From: an uncultured Muribaculaceae bacterium
GTDB lineage: Bacteria; Bacillota_I; Bacilli_A; RF39; UBA660
DNA length: 64,000 nt
Direction of reading: 5' to 3'
Assembly: GCA_964549115.1 (NCBI GenBank)
Contig: CAZJTX010000001.1
Coordinates: 56,494 to 120,493, forward strand
Shown here: positions 9,978 to 19,903 of the stretch, piece by piece
Layout of the letters: every line of letters begins with the position of its first letter
Position numbering within the stretch: the stretch's first letter is position 1
The notes under the pieces: generated by a model
Database searches by the model: none
What the model was told of the DNA's origin: nothing
The model's input: the letters and a program-made list of their open reading frames with translations, nothing else
Program-made: the position numbers and the translations under genes

Positions 9978-10486
9978 TGATTAATATAGTTTTACTTGAA
10001 CCAGAAATACCACAAAATACTGGCAATATAATGCGTACATGTATTGCTACAAATACAAGACTTCATTTAATTAAACCATTAGGTTTTAAATTAGATAGTA
10101 AATACATAAAAAGAAGCGGTGTTAATTATATAGATAAATGTGATCTTCATGTATATGAAGATTTTTCTGATTTTGAAAGTAAAAACAAAGGCGAATATTA
10201 CTTTTTAACAAGATATGGACATAACCCCCACTCTAGTATGAAATACAATAAAAGAGATACAAATTATTATTTTATATTTGGAAAAGAAAGCACTGGTATA
10301 CCTAAGAAACTTTTAAAAAACAATTTAAATAATTGTCTAAGAATACCAATGAGTAATAATGTACGAGCATTAAACTTGTCCAACTCAGTGGCTATTGTAT
10401 TATACGAAGCACTAAGACAACAAGATTATCCTGATTTATGTTTTGATGAACCACACAAAACTAAATACGAAATAGAAAACTCATAA
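9977..10486 (+). CDS. trmL: tRNA (cytidine/uridine-2'-O-)-methyltransferase TrmL (SpoU family)
   Basis: 169 aa. SPOUT N-terminus (LLEPEIPQNTGNIMRTC) and C-terminal trefoil-knot motifs. Confidence 0.8.
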   Translation: MINIVLLEPEIPQNTGNIMRTCIATNTRLHLIKPLGFKLDSKYIKRSGVNYIDKCDLHVYEDFSDFESKNKGEYYFLTRYGHNPHSSMKYNKRDTNYYFIFGKESTGIPKKLLKNNLNNCLRIPMSNNVRALNLSNSVAIVLYEALRQQDYPDLCFDEPHKTKYEIENS

Positions 10487-10490
10487 AAAA

Positions 10491-10515
10491 AACTCAGTTA
10501 CCTGAGTTTGTTTTT
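10491..10515 (+). terminator. rho-independent terminator after trmL
   Basis: Hairpin AACTCAG-TTAC-CTGAGTT followed by TGTTTTT. Confidence 0.6.
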
Positions 10516-10518
10516 AAA

Positions 10519-10594
10519 TGGTGTTCCGTATGCGACTCGAACGCATGACCCTTTGATTAAAAGTCAAATGCTCTACCTACTGAGCTAACGGAAC
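10519..10594 (-). tRNA. tRNA-Lys (anticodon UUU)
   Basis: 76 nt cloverleaf on the minus strand. Anticodon loop CTTTTAA. Encoded CCA. Confidence 0.85.
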
Positions 10595-10602
10595 AAAGTA
10601 AA

Positions 10603-10678
10603 TGGCTGCCTCGGATGGATTCGAACCATCGGAATGTCAGAGTCAAAGTCTGATGCCTTACCACTTGGCTACGAGGCA
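10603..10678 (-). tRNA. tRNA-Gln (anticodon UUG)
   Basis: Anticodon stem TCAGA/TCTGA with loop CTTTGAC. U1-A72 pair. Encoded CCA. Confidence 0.8.
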
Positions 10679-10682
10679 ATAA

Positions 10683-10766
10683 TGGTGGAGAGACATGGAT
10701 TTGAACCATGGAACCCTAAGGAACAGATTTACAGTCTGCCGCGTTTGACCACTTCGCTATCCCTCC
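10683..10766 (-). tRNA. tRNA-Tyr (anticodon GUA)
   Basis: 84 nt with a long variable arm. Anticodon loop CTGTAAA. Encoded CCA. Confidence 0.8.
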
Positions 10767-10773
10767 ACAAAAA

Positions 10774-10849
10774 TGGTGCCGACAGAGGGAGTCGAACCCC
10801 CAACCTACTGATTACAAGTCAGTTGCGCTGCCAGTTACGCTATGTCGGC
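10774..10849 (-). tRNA. tRNA-Thr (anticodon UGU)
   Basis: 76 nt. Anticodon loop CTTGTAA. Encoded CCA. Confidence 0.8.
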
Positions 10850-10854
10850 TAAAA

Positions 10855-10931
10855 TGGTGGGCGCTATAGGACTCGAACCTATGGCCCCTTGCTTGTAAGG
10901 CAAGTGCTCTGACCAACTGAGCTAAGCACCC
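10855..10931 (-). tRNA. tRNA-Val (anticodon UAC)
   Basis: 77 nt. Anticodon loop CTTACAA. GCTCAGTTGG D-loop. Encoded CCA. Confidence 0.8.
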
Positions 10932-11006
10932 CATTTCTTTAAGACAATTAAAATTATACTATAATATAGTGTCTATTGCAATAACTAATTACTATAAATC
11001 AATATT

Positions 11007-12404
11007 TTGTCAATTATTGTTTTATATCGAAAATACATATGTTTTTCTGATTATAATAGTTTTATGATTTTAGATAAATACCAAGAAAAAATAATAAAAG
11101 AAAAAAATAATTTGTTGATATTAGCTAGTGCTGGATCAGGTAAAACTTTTACTTTAATTCATAAAGTTAAACATTTATTAAAAACATATTCTAGTGAGGA
11201 AATATTAATAGTATCTTTTACTAATGAAACAGTTAATAACTTAAAAGGAAAATTAAATGAAGATATTCATATTTTTACCTTCCATAAACTAGCAATATAT
11301 TTATTAAACAAATATAACTACAACTATAAACTAGTCGGAGATAATATTCTTATATATAGTATAAATGAATACTTTATAAATTATATAAATGATATAGAAA
11401 AGAAGTTGCTTTGCAAACATTTTTTCGAATTAAATTATAAAAGTTTAATTAAATCAAATAAATTTAAATATTATAAGAAAAATATACACACCTTTATCAA
11501 ATTATATAAAACCAACAATTATAGTTATGATTATATATTAACTTTACTTAAGAGCAAGAAAGATTCGCTATTCATACTAATTGTTATTAATATTATGACT
11601 TTATATAACAATGAACTAAGAAGTACTAATAGCTTGGATTTAGACGATCTTATTACTGAGGCTAGTAAAGTAGTTAAAAATTTAAATTTAAAATATAAAT
11701 ATATATTTGTCGATGAATTTCAAGATACATCTCAAATTAGATTTGATTTAATATACAATATTTTTATTAATACAAATTCTATAATAAATATATTTGGTGA
11801 CGATTTTCAATCTATATATGCTTTTTCAGGTTGTAAGTTATCTATTATGTTAAATATAAATAAATATATACCCAACATTAAAACATTAACTCTTAATAAG
11901 AATTATAGATTAAGTAACGATTTAATTACTATTAGTAATAGTTTTATAACTAAGAACGATAAACAAATTAAAAAAGACATTTATAGCGAAATATACAACA
12001 ATAACACAATTAACATAATATATTACTCTAACAAGGAAAAAGCTTTAAATAAAGCCTTAAAAGAAGGTTTAAGAGTAAGTAAAGACATTATGATTCTTAG
12101 TAGATATAAACATGATTTAAAAGGTATAAATAATTATAAAACATTAACTGTTCACGAAGCTAAAGGTTTAGAAGCAGATATTGTTATTATACTTAATATG
12201 AATAATGGATATTATGGATTTCCTTCAAATATTAAAAATCATATATTTATAGATAAAATAGAAAAAGAAAGCGAATCTTTCTTATATGCTGAGGAAAGAA
12301 GGTTATTTTTTGTAGCTATGACTAGGGCTAGAAAAAAATTATACATATTAGTACCAAGAGACAATCCTTCTCCCTTTATTAAAGAAATTAAAAAAATGTT
12401 ATAA
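11007..12404 (+). CDS. UvrD/Rep-family SF1 helicase, short form
   Basis: Helicase motifs I (ASAGSGKTFTL), II (VDEFQD), III (GDDFQSIYAFSG), V (TVHEAKGLEADIV) and VI (FFVAMTRARKKLYIL). Extremely Asn/Tyr/Ile-rich. The start may instead be the internal Met at 11067. Confidence 0.6.
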   Translation: MSIIVLYRKYICFSDYNSFMILDKYQEKIIKEKNNLLILASAGSGKTFTLIHKVKHLLKTYSSEEILIVSFTNETVNNLKGKLNEDIHIFTFHKLAIYLLNKYNYNYKLVGDNILIYSINEYFINYINDIEKKLLCKHFFELNYKSLIKSNKFKYYKKNIHTFIKLYKTNNYSYDYILTLLKSKKDSLFILIVINIMTLYNNELRSTNSLDLDDLITEASKVVKNLNLKYKYIFVDEFQDTSQIRFDLIYNIFINTNSIINIFGDDFQSIYAFSGCKLSIMLNINKYIPNIKTLTLNKNYRLSNDLITISNSFITKNDKQIKKDIYSEIYNNNTINIIYYSNKEKALNKALKEGLRVSKDIMILSRYKHDLKGINNYKTLTVHEAKGLEADIVIILNMNNGYYGFPSNIKNHIFIDKIEKESESFLYAEERRLFFVAMTRARKKLYILVPRDNPSPFIKEIKKML

Positions 12405-12432
12405 AAACATTTCATTAAAATTATTATTTAAG

Positions 12433-12509
12433 TGGCGTCCTCAGTGAGATTCGAACTCACGACCTACTCCTTAGGAGGGAGTTGCGCTATCCTGCTACGC
12501 TATGAGGAC
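12433..12509 (-). tRNA. tRNA-Arg (anticodon CCU)
   Basis: 77 nt cloverleaf. Anticodon stem ACTCC/GGAGT with loop CTCCTAA. Encoded CCA. Confidence 0.75.
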
Positions 12510-13014
12510 TTATTTATAAATTGGTTGAAGTAATAAATTAATTAAAAATAAAGATGCAATTCCTGCTTTTAAAGGAACTTTATATCTAACACACTCATAT
12601 ACAGCAGAAAATTTATCTGATAAATTTACAATCCAACTTTCTTTATATAATGGCAATACTCTATTAAATGGAAACATATGAGATTCTATAACATTATATT
12701 GTTTATAATCAATATCAAAATACTTAACCGCATTATATGCAGATAACTTAGCATGGGAAAATATACTTGTTTTACCATCAATGTCTTTATCCAAGTAAAA
12801 ATCATGTAATAACGCTGCTCTAGTTATTTCATCGTAATTTTTCAAATTAAACTTTTTTGCTAAATAATAAGAAATTTTAGCCACATTAATAGAATGATCT
12901 AATCTAGATATACCGTGATGTAGTTCATCCTTTAGTTTTATAAATTCTTTATGTTTAATTATATCTTCTACTATTTGATAAAATTCAATGTCGTTTTTTA
13001 ACATATTACCTCTT
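12510..13014 (-). CDS. HD-domain phosphohydrolase
   Basis: H…HD motif (SRLDHSINVA…LLHDFYLDKD). I chose the second ATG at 13014 because it is preceded by AAGAGGT. Confidence 0.6.
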
Positions 13015-13173
13015 TTACAAAAAATAAATGTCCCTAAAGACAATGTAATATTAACATATTATAAAATCTAAGTCAATTTAATCAAAGGCGCTTAACACCA
13101 ATTACATATTGAATTATTCCCCCCTTTATGTTAGGATATCACTTGTATTTAATTTTGAAAGGAGGGGTTTGGT

Positions 13174-13539
13174 GTGTTAGACGAAAATATACAACAAATT
13201 TGTCTAAGGGTTAATGGCATTTTACCTTTTAACATGAATACTGAAACTTTTGCAGAAGAACGTATTTATCCAAAACGTAATTCCGAAAAAAAATATCGTG
13301 TGAGTTGTGGTGTTATTGCATTTGTTACTGAGGATAGAGACTATTATGTATCACCTTTTGCAGATACAGTTAAGTCTTATTTAATAAGAAACAAATATGA
13401 ACAAGGTAAAATTGACGTTCCATTTATTAATGGTGATACACCTTCGGATAAACATTCATTAAAAACATGGGCAGATTTATGTGACTTTGCGTTAATACTT
13501 TATAGAGAAAAAACTTCAAGCAAAACAAAATCTAGATAA
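13174..13539 (+). CDS. hypothetical protein
   Basis: 121 aa. GTG start 6 nt after a strong SD (GAAAGGAGGGG). No recognisable motif. Confidence 0.35.
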   Translation: MLDENIQQICLRVNGILPFNMNTETFAEERIYPKRNSEKKYRVSCGVIAFVTEDRDYYVSPFADTVKSYLIRNKYEQGKIDVPFINGDTPSDKHSLKTWADLCDFALILYREKTSSKTKSR

Positions 13540-13540
13540 T

Positions 13541-13568
13541 AAAAATCGGTTATACCGATTTTTTTTAA
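13541..13568. terminator. bidirectional rho-independent terminator between convergent genes
   Basis: Palindrome AAAATCGGT-TAT-ACCGATTTT flanked by A and T runs. Confidence 0.6.
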
Positions 13569-14551
13569 TTAAAGTCTAATTCATAACTATGGGTTTGTAC
13601 ATTATTTCTAGCAATATGTCGTATTATTGTTAAAAATCGATGTTGTAGATCTTCTGATGAAAGTAAGCATAAGAAATCCCCATAATTATGCAATATATAC
13701 TCTACATTGTTATTAAATATATAAGCAAGCATTAATTCTTTTTGTACTTTATCCATTAAATCATGAAATATTTCATAATTACCATAAAATTTTTGTTCAG
13801 TGTTAGGTAAACTTATTGGATATGGAACGATATTTTGCATTTCTTTTTCATATCCCGAAGCGGTTGCAGCATCTATTAAGTACAATTTTTCTAAATCATA
13901 CATTAAATTTTCAAATGTACCTTCCATCTCAGGAATTGAATCATATATATGTTTAATCTTATCTCTACCACTTTTGCCATAACTAAGAGCTAGCATTTCA
14001 TAAATAGGTATATTTAAAACCTTCGATAACATCAACAATATATTACCATTTAAAGAGTAATCATTTAATATACTTACTACTTTGTGGTTATTTAAATAAT
14101 TTTCATTAGTTTTATAAGTTAATTCTTCTTTTTTATATACAGCATATAAAATTTCTGCCAAGTATTGAGTTACACCTTCAGTTAAAAACATACCTGTAAC
14201 GCCATCATAAAAACCACATCGCTCTATACCGTCTTGATTATAAGATTGAAGCACATGAGTTAATTCATGAAAAAAATGTATTGTATTTTCTTTTTCGTTA
14301 TTATCTTCAGCTAGCACAATTGTAGTCTCATGCGAATAACCATATACATTATCTAAAGGTTCCTCTGAAACCTCTGTTAATACATTAGGAAATGTTTTTA
14401 TTAATTCAAAGTAATTAACATATAAATTATCTATCTTAATAATACTACTTATATACTCTTGCATTAAATAAAAATATTTATCACTTATATTGTGATTAGT
14501 ATTTTTATATTCATTTTTTATATATTTTAATAAATCATTATTAATCATCAT
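13565..14551 (-). CDS. putative zinc metallopeptidase (HExxH motif)
   Basis: 328 aa. HFFHELTHVLQ is the only recognisable motif. 4-nt overlap with the upstream amidotransferase gene. Confidence 0.4.
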   Translation of the reverse strand: MMINNDLLKYIKNEYKNTNHNISDKYFYLMQEYISSIIKIDNLYVNYFELIKTFPNVLTEVSEEPLDNVYGYSHETTIVLAEDNNEKENTIHFFHELTHVLQSYNQDGIERCGFYDGVTGMFLTEGVTQYLAEILYAVYKKEELTYKTNENYLNNHKVVSILNDYSLNGNILLMLSKVLNIPIYEMLALSYGKSGRDKIKHIYDSIPEMEGTFENLMYDLEKLYLIDAATASGYEKEMQNIVPYPISLPNTEQKFYGNYEIFHDLMDKVQKELMLAYIFNNNVEYILHNYGDFLCLLSSEDLQHRFLTIIRHIARNNVQTHSYELDFN

Positions 14552-15249
14552 TTACCCCCACATTTATTTATAAAATTAACAAATATTTTTAAAAAAGTTT
14601 TGTTTTTAATCATCTCTTCTGGGTGAAATTGAAAAGCATATATGTTGTTACCCTCTACTGCTTCAATAATTCCATCTCTAGATGTTGCACTTATAGTCAA
14701 TCCCTTACCTAATTTATCAATGGCTTGATGATGAAATGAATTAACTATTATTTCTTCTTTCTTAAACACATCATATAAAAAGGTGTCTTTCTTTATATTT
14801 ATCGTGTGATGCCCTTTTTCTAGTGTTGATTTAGATACATGGCCTAATGCATCGGATTTAGATATATATATATCTTGAAATAAAGTTCCTTTTAAAAACA
14901 CATTTATTAACTGCATTCCTCTACATATTCCTAATATTGGAATGTTTTTCTCAGTGGATGCTTTTAATAATAAAAGTTCAGTCTCATCTCTTTTTTGGCA
15001 TATATCTTCTATCTCTTTAATAGGATTTTCATTGTATAAAAGTGGTGAAACATCTCCCCCACCCGTTAATATAAGTCCATCTAAAATATCAATATACATT
15101 TTAGTATCTTCTTTATTTAAATCATTTGGAATTATTATTGGAATTCCACCGGATTCTTTAATGGCATTAATATAAGTATATTTTAAACTTACATATGAGC
15201 CTAGTTCGTTTTTCTTTATTTTGGATGTTACTCCTATTATTGGTTTCAT
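14548..15249 (-). CDS. class I glutamine amidotransferase-like / gamma-glutamyl hydrolase (peptidase C26, PuuD-like)
   Basis: 233 aa. Catalytic GICRGMQ and FHHQ…FHPE triad motifs. Confidence 0.7.
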   Translation of the reverse strand: MKPIIGVTSKIKKNELGSYVSLKYTYINAIKESGGIPIIIPNDLNKEDTKMYIDILDGLILTGGGDVSPLLYNENPIKEIEDICQKRDETELLLLKASTEKNIPILGICRGMQLINVFLKGTLFQDIYISKSDALGHVSKSTLEKGHHTINIKKDTFLYDVFKKEEIIVNSFHHQAIDKLGKGLTISATSRDGIIEAVEGNNIYAFQFHPEEMIKNKTFLKIFVNFINKCGGK

Positions 15250-15269
15250 ATATTCTCTTTTCTACTTAA

Positions 15270-15728
15270 TTATTCTTCTATTATAGGAAATTCTTCCATG
15301 GATATTCTTTCATAAGTTATGGTTTTTTTATGATTATCTTGACGATCATCTTTTAAAATTAAAGTATCATCTTTTAAATCAACAATATAACTACTTCCAA
15401 AGGGTGATTCTTTTACTTGGTTTTCCCAATTATTATCTTCAAATTCTTCATTATCTATATATAACTTATTATTTTTTAATTTGTAAAAATAATGATCAAC
15501 TGCAAAAGTTCCAGCATCGTCATAGTAAGAATAAAAACTTATATTATTGTTTGTTATTTCTAAATAACCATTTTTATTATCTCTATAATCTATAATTTGT
15601 CCATTATTATTTTCTTCTATTTCAACCCACATGCCAGTAATATCAAATTCAACACTACTTTCTAAACTGGATTTAGAACACCCTACAATTAAAAATAACA
15701 TACTAAATATAATTAAAAGTCTTTTCAT
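15270..15728 (-). CDS. lipoprotein
   Basis: I placed the start at MKRLLIIFSMLFLIVGCSKSS because AGGTGA lies 5 nt upstream. The lipobox LIVGC is present. Confidence 0.6.
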   Translation of the reverse strand: MKRLLIIFSMLFLIVGCSKSSLESSVEFDITGMWVEIEENNNGQIIDYRDNKNGYLEITNNNISFYSYYDDAGTFAVDHYFYKLKNNKLYIDNEEFEDNNWENQVKESPFGSSYIVDLKDDTLILKDDRQDNHKKTITYERISMEEFPIIEE

Positions 15729-15807
15729 TTCATCACCTGTTTTACTACATTTATTATACACTATTTATTCCAAACAAAAAACTCTCATATTGAGAGTTAA
15801 TTAACAA

Positions 15808-15884
15808 TGGTCGAGAAGACAGGATTTGAACCTGCAACCCCTTGGTCCCAAACCAAGTGCACTACCAAGTTGTGCTACTTCTCG
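15808..15884 (-). tRNA. tRNA-Pro (anticodon UGG)
   Basis: 77 nt. Anticodon loop TTTGGGA. Encoded CCA. Confidence 0.8.
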
Positions 15885-15889
15885 TTTTA

Positions 15890-15966
15890 TGGTGCACCCA
15901 AAGGGAGTCGAACCCCTAGCCTTTAGATCCGTAGTCTAACGCTCTATCCAATTGAGCTATGGGTGC
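15890..15966 (-). tRNA. tRNA-Arg (anticodon ACG)
   Basis: 77 nt. Anticodon loop CTACGGA. Encoded CCA. Confidence 0.8.
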
Positions 15967-16035
15967 ATCCCATGCACATACTAATTATAGTATAACCACT
16001 GTTAAATTGCAATAAAAAAAGCACTATGTGCTTTT

Positions 16036-17631
16036 TTAAACTAAATATGTAATTAATACTAAGAAAGCTTGTAAAACTACAAATAAAGCAATTAAGAATA
16101 TAAATATATATTTTATCCAATCTTTATATGAAGTTTCAGTTAATTCTAAACCTAGTATTAACAATGCACTTGTTGGAACAAATATTTGCATAAATCCATA
16201 TGCTGATATAAATATTGTATGAACAATACCTATGTTTTCACTAAATGCACTTGTTATATATCCGCCCACTAAGTATCCTGTATAACCTAGATCTGGATGG
16301 AATGCAGACGTAATCATCGCTGATAATGATGATATAGCTGGATTTAATCCTTCTGTTAAACCATAAGCCCAATCTAAGAATGTATTTAAAAATGGTGTTG
16401 AATACAATACTACAAATACAAATGATACCGCAGTAAAGTATAAAACTGGTTTAATCATTATTTTAAATCCTTCTTCGTAACTTTTCAGCATTTCTTTAAT
16501 TTTAACTTTGTTAGCCAATGCTACAACGAAACTAAAGATAAACATTACTACTATTCCTGTTATAATATCCCATGATCCAAATTCAGTGGCAGATGTTCCT
16601 AAAATATATGCGAAAATTGGATGTTCAGCAATTGATAATTCTGTTAACCATGTATGGAAATCTTTAAATACAGTTATGTTAAAGTTACTATACCAATCAA
16701 TATAACCAAGTAATATTAATACAGCGAATAATGAAAAGATTACGATTAAAGGAACTGTACTAACTTTTGCTCTATTATCTTTTACTTCATAAGGATCAAC
16801 CATTGCAACTGCTTTAATTTTCTTTTTAGTTGCTAAGTGTTGTCTTACGAATAAGAATACTAAGTATCCAACTAATACAATTGCTTGTAAAATTAATCTA
16901 TACTTTAGACCTTCTGCTCCATCAATTGATGAATAATAACCAAACCAACGCAGTCCTTCCGAACCAAATGGTACACCAACTAATCCAACTAAAATAGCTC
17001 CAAACGTTACAGCAAATGTTGTTAATTTATCTATTTTTAGTTTAGATAAAATTGATAATGCAAATGGTACGAATAAAAACACTATTAGTGTATGTGATAC
17101 AAAAGATGTTAACAATATAAATAATGTAGCAAATAAAATAGTAATATATGTTTCAATACCTTTTAATCCTTTAGCAATATTAGCAATTAATTTTTGATAT
17201 GCCTTTGTTTGTGACAACATATAATATAATGCTGACACTTGTAATAAAAATATAATTTTATCTAAATTAAAATATAAAGCATAATACAATACAATTGCAA
17301 CATCACTCAAACCAAATCTTTGATAAGACTGATCCATAAATTGTTGTTGAGCAAATTGACCATGTGGTATTAACCAAGTTAATACAATAGCTGTTAAAGT
17401 CAAAATACCAATACTTTTTAAAGCTGGTTTTTCATCTGATTTAATAGCTGAGACTAACCAAGTTACAGACATAATCAAAACACCAAACAATTTAAATGGA
17501 ATTGCTAATGGTTCTAATACATCAAATAATTCCTTTCCAAAAATACCAACTAATGTTAAAACAAATCCTATTATTACAGGAATTAAATAAGCTATGTTTA
17601 AATTTAGTTTGCAAGTTTTTTTGTTCTTCAT
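16036..17631 (-). CDS. polytopic membrane transporter (YfcC/DcuC-like anion or amino-acid permease)
   Basis: About 530 aa with 12 or more predicted TM helices. I placed the start at the ATG at 17631, preceded by GGGAGGT. Assignment is by family resemblance only. Confidence 0.45.
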   Translation of the reverse strand: MKNKKTCKLNLNIAYLIPVIIGFVLTLVGIFGKELFDVLEPLAIPFKLFGVLIMSVTWLVSAIKSDEKPALKSIGILTLTAIVLTWLIPHGQFAQQQFMDQSYQRFGLSDVAIVLYYALYFNLDKIIFLLQVSALYYMLSQTKAYQKLIANIAKGLKGIETYITILFATLFILLTSFVSHTLIVFLFVPFALSILSKLKIDKLTTFAVTFGAILVGLVGVPFGSEGLRWFGYYSSIDGAEGLKYRLILQAIVLVGYLVFLFVRQHLATKKKIKAVAMVDPYEVKDNRAKVSTVPLIVIFSLFAVLILLGYIDWYSNFNITVFKDFHTWLTELSIAEHPIFAYILGTSATEFGSWDIITGIVVMFIFSFVVALANKVKIKEMLKSYEEGFKIMIKPVLYFTAVSFVFVVLYSTPFLNTFLDWAYGLTEGLNPAISSLSAMITSAFHPDLGYTGYLVGGYITSAFSENIGIVHTIFISAYGFMQIFVPTSALLILGLELTETSYKDWIKYIFIFLIALFVVLQAFLVLITYLV

Positions 17632-17671
17632 TTTATTACCTCCCAAACAAATTATAACATTTATTAGACAT

Positions 17672-17696
17672 AAAAAAAAGACTCTTTGATGAGTCT
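17672..17696 (-). terminator. rho-independent terminator after lysS
   Basis: On the minus strand: AGACTC-ATCAAA-GAGTCT followed by T8. Confidence 0.65.
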
Positions 17697-17697
17697 A

Positions 17698-19170
17698 TTA
17701 TTCTTTTGGTTTCATTAAAGGAAAGATTACACATTCTCTTACGGGTCTGTCTACCAAGAATGAAAAAAACCTTTCTGATACCCCAAATCCAAATGCTGGG
17801 GGCATACCATATTCTAAAGCTTCGGTAAATTCTTTATCGTGTTCATGAGCTTCCAAATCTCCCGCCTCAGCCATTTCTCGTTGTTCTTTAAACCTTTTAT
17901 CTAAATCAATTGGATCGTTTAATTCAGTGTATCCATTTCCCATTTCTGAACCCGCTAATATAATTTGAAATTGAGCTACTTTTCTTGGGTCTTCTTTTAA
18001 TCTTTTTGGTAATGGATTTAACTCAACAGGTTGTCCTACTAAAAATCCAGGGCCTGCTAAATTTTTCCTTACTGTTTTCCAAAGTAAATCTACTAATCTC
18101 CAATAAGGAACATTTGGATCAAATTCAACATTCGATTCATTCAATTTTTTGATAATTTCTTCTTCACTTGAATTATATATTTCTATTCCTGTATTTTCTT
18201 TTATAATTGTTTCAAAATCATATATAGCCCACTCACTATTCATGTCTATATCAAATTCTTTAATTTTAATTTTTGAAGTACCCATTACTTTTTCAGTTAC
18301 TAACTGATACATTTTTTTCACAAAATCCATACCCATTTTATAATCCGCATAAGCCCAATAAAATTCCATTTGAGTATAATCTTGTAAATGTTCAGGACTC
18401 ATTCCTTCATTTCTAAATTGTCTACCTATTTCAAAAGTTTTATCATAACCTGCAACTAACAATTTCTTTTGCCACAATTCACCCATAGATATTCTTAGAA
18501 ACACATCTATATCTAGTGCATTATGATGAGTTTTAAAAGGTTCTGCAGCAGCTCCTCCTGTTGTATTTTCTAATACTGGGGTTTCCACTTCTAAAAAATC
18601 GTTCTCTAATAAATAATTTCTAATAGTTGCCCAAAATATTTGTTTTTTTCTAAATAAATCTTTAATCTCGGGATCAGTTATAATATCTAAATATCTTTTT
18701 CTTAATTTTATTTCCGAATCTGCTAATCCATGATATTTCTCTGGTAATGGCCTTAATGCTTTTGTTAAATGAATATACTTAGTAGCTTTAATAGATAGCT
18801 CACCAGTATTGGTTTTCATTAATATTCCTTCAATACCTACAATGTCACCTAAATCTGCTATATCAAATAAATAATAATTATCTTCACCTAACATATCTTC
18901 TCTAATGTATATTTGAATTTGCCCAACATTATCTTGAATATGCATAAAACCGGCTTTTCCTTTACCACGTTTAGTCATGATCCTTCCAGCTACTTTTACA
19001 CTTAAATTTAAGTCAACCAATTCTTCCTTGGTTAACTCACCATATTCTTTTAATAAATCTTTACTATAATGTGTTAAATCAAAACTATGACCAAAGGGAT
19101 CAATTTGTTTTTCTTCTAATTTAACTAATTTATCTCTTCTAACTTGTTCTTGTTCTGTTAACTCTTTCAC
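17698..19170 (-). CDS. lysS: lysine--tRNA ligase (class II)
   Basis: 490 aa. N-terminal OB anticodon-binding domain and class II motifs (…FRNEGMSPEH…, GGAAAEPF, GMGIDR-like). Confidence 0.95.
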   Translation of the reverse strand: MKELTEQEQVRRDKLVKLEEKQIDPFGHSFDLTHYSKDLLKEYGELTKEELVDLNLSVKVAGRIMTKRGKGKAGFMHIQDNVGQIQIYIREDMLGEDNYYLFDIADLGDIVGIEGILMKTNTGELSIKATKYIHLTKALRPLPEKYHGLADSEIKLRKRYLDIITDPEIKDLFRKKQIFWATIRNYLLENDFLEVETPVLENTTGGAAAEPFKTHHNALDIDVFLRISMGELWQKKLLVAGYDKTFEIGRQFRNEGMSPEHLQDYTQMEFYWAYADYKMGMDFVKKMYQLVTEKVMGTSKIKIKEFDIDMNSEWAIYDFETIIKENTGIEIYNSSEEEIIKKLNESNVEFDPNVPYWRLVDLLWKTVRKNLAGPGFLVGQPVELNPLPKRLKEDPRKVAQFQIILAGSEMGNGYTELNDPIDLDKRFKEQREMAEAGDLEAHEHDKEFTEALEYGMPPAFGFGVSERFFSFLVDRPVRECVIFPLMKPKE

Positions 19171-19202
19171 ACAATCACCTAGTAATATACTAACATTTAA
19201 TC

Positions 19203-19230
19203 AAAAAAAAAACTAGTAGACTAGTTTTTT
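19203..19230. terminator. palindromic (bidirectional) terminator
   Basis: A9-ACTAGT-AG-ACTAGT-T8, directly 3' of the gene at 19234-19764. Confidence 0.6.
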
Positions 19231-19233
19231 TAT

Positions 19234-19764
19234 TTATACTTTATAAAATTTAGTGTTTCGTTTAGATACTAAGTACGCTCCAATACCTAAAACTGAGATG
19301 ACGCTAATAATTGCCAATGGCATCGATACACCAGTTTGTGTTGGTTTACCAGTACTAATTGTTACTTCTGGATTTTGAGCATATGCTTTAAATGAAAACT
19401 TAACACTACAGTCTTCGATATTACTTGCGTATGAAAACACAACTTTACCTAAAAGAACTTTATCTGTATTTTCAAATAATTCTTTAGGCGTAAATATTAT
19501 TTTGTCACCATCATGTTCTACAGTAAAGAATTCACTGTTTTCCGTTCTAGCAACACTTACTCCTTCGGCCATCTCCAATGTAGCTACAATATCAGAATCC
19601 GCAGGTATCAATTGATCTGTTTCAATCCATATACTTACTTCTGTTTCACAAATATCTTCTCCTGCTAAACAAGAGTCTTTTGGAGTAACAGTAATCGATG
19701 TAGCAGCAAATACTGCAGGAACAAACATGACCATTAAAAGTAATCCTAATAAATATTTCTTCAT
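19234..19764 (-). CDS. secreted surface protein with sortase-type C-terminal sorting signal (KPTQTG + hydrophobic segment + KRNTKFYKV)
   Basis: 176 aa. Classical signal peptide (AVFA|ATS). The C-terminus carries the PTQTG motif, a TM stretch and a basic tail. Adjacent to a SrtB-like gene. Confidence 0.5.
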   Translation of the reverse strand: MKKYLLGLLLMVMFVPAVFAATSITVTPKDSCLAGEDICETEVSIWIETDQLIPADSDIVATLEMAEGVSVARTENSEFFTVEHDGDKIIFTPKELFENTDKVLLGKVVFSYASNIEDCSVKFSFKAYAQNPEVTISTGKPTQTGVSMPLAIISVISVLGIGAYLVSKRNTKFYKV

Positions 19765-19903
19765 AACACTCTCCTATCTTTATAATCCAATTATATCACA
19801 TCTTAATTAAAATCAACATAAAAATGCATTTTTTGAAATTATATACACCCTTTTTACATTTTAAATAATATAGTTTTATGTTATTATTATTCTAGGAGAT
19901 AGA

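Noticed and set aside
10634-10852. 72 aa plus-strand ORF
   Set aside because: It overlaps three well-formed tRNA genes (Gln, Tyr, Thr) on the minus strand.
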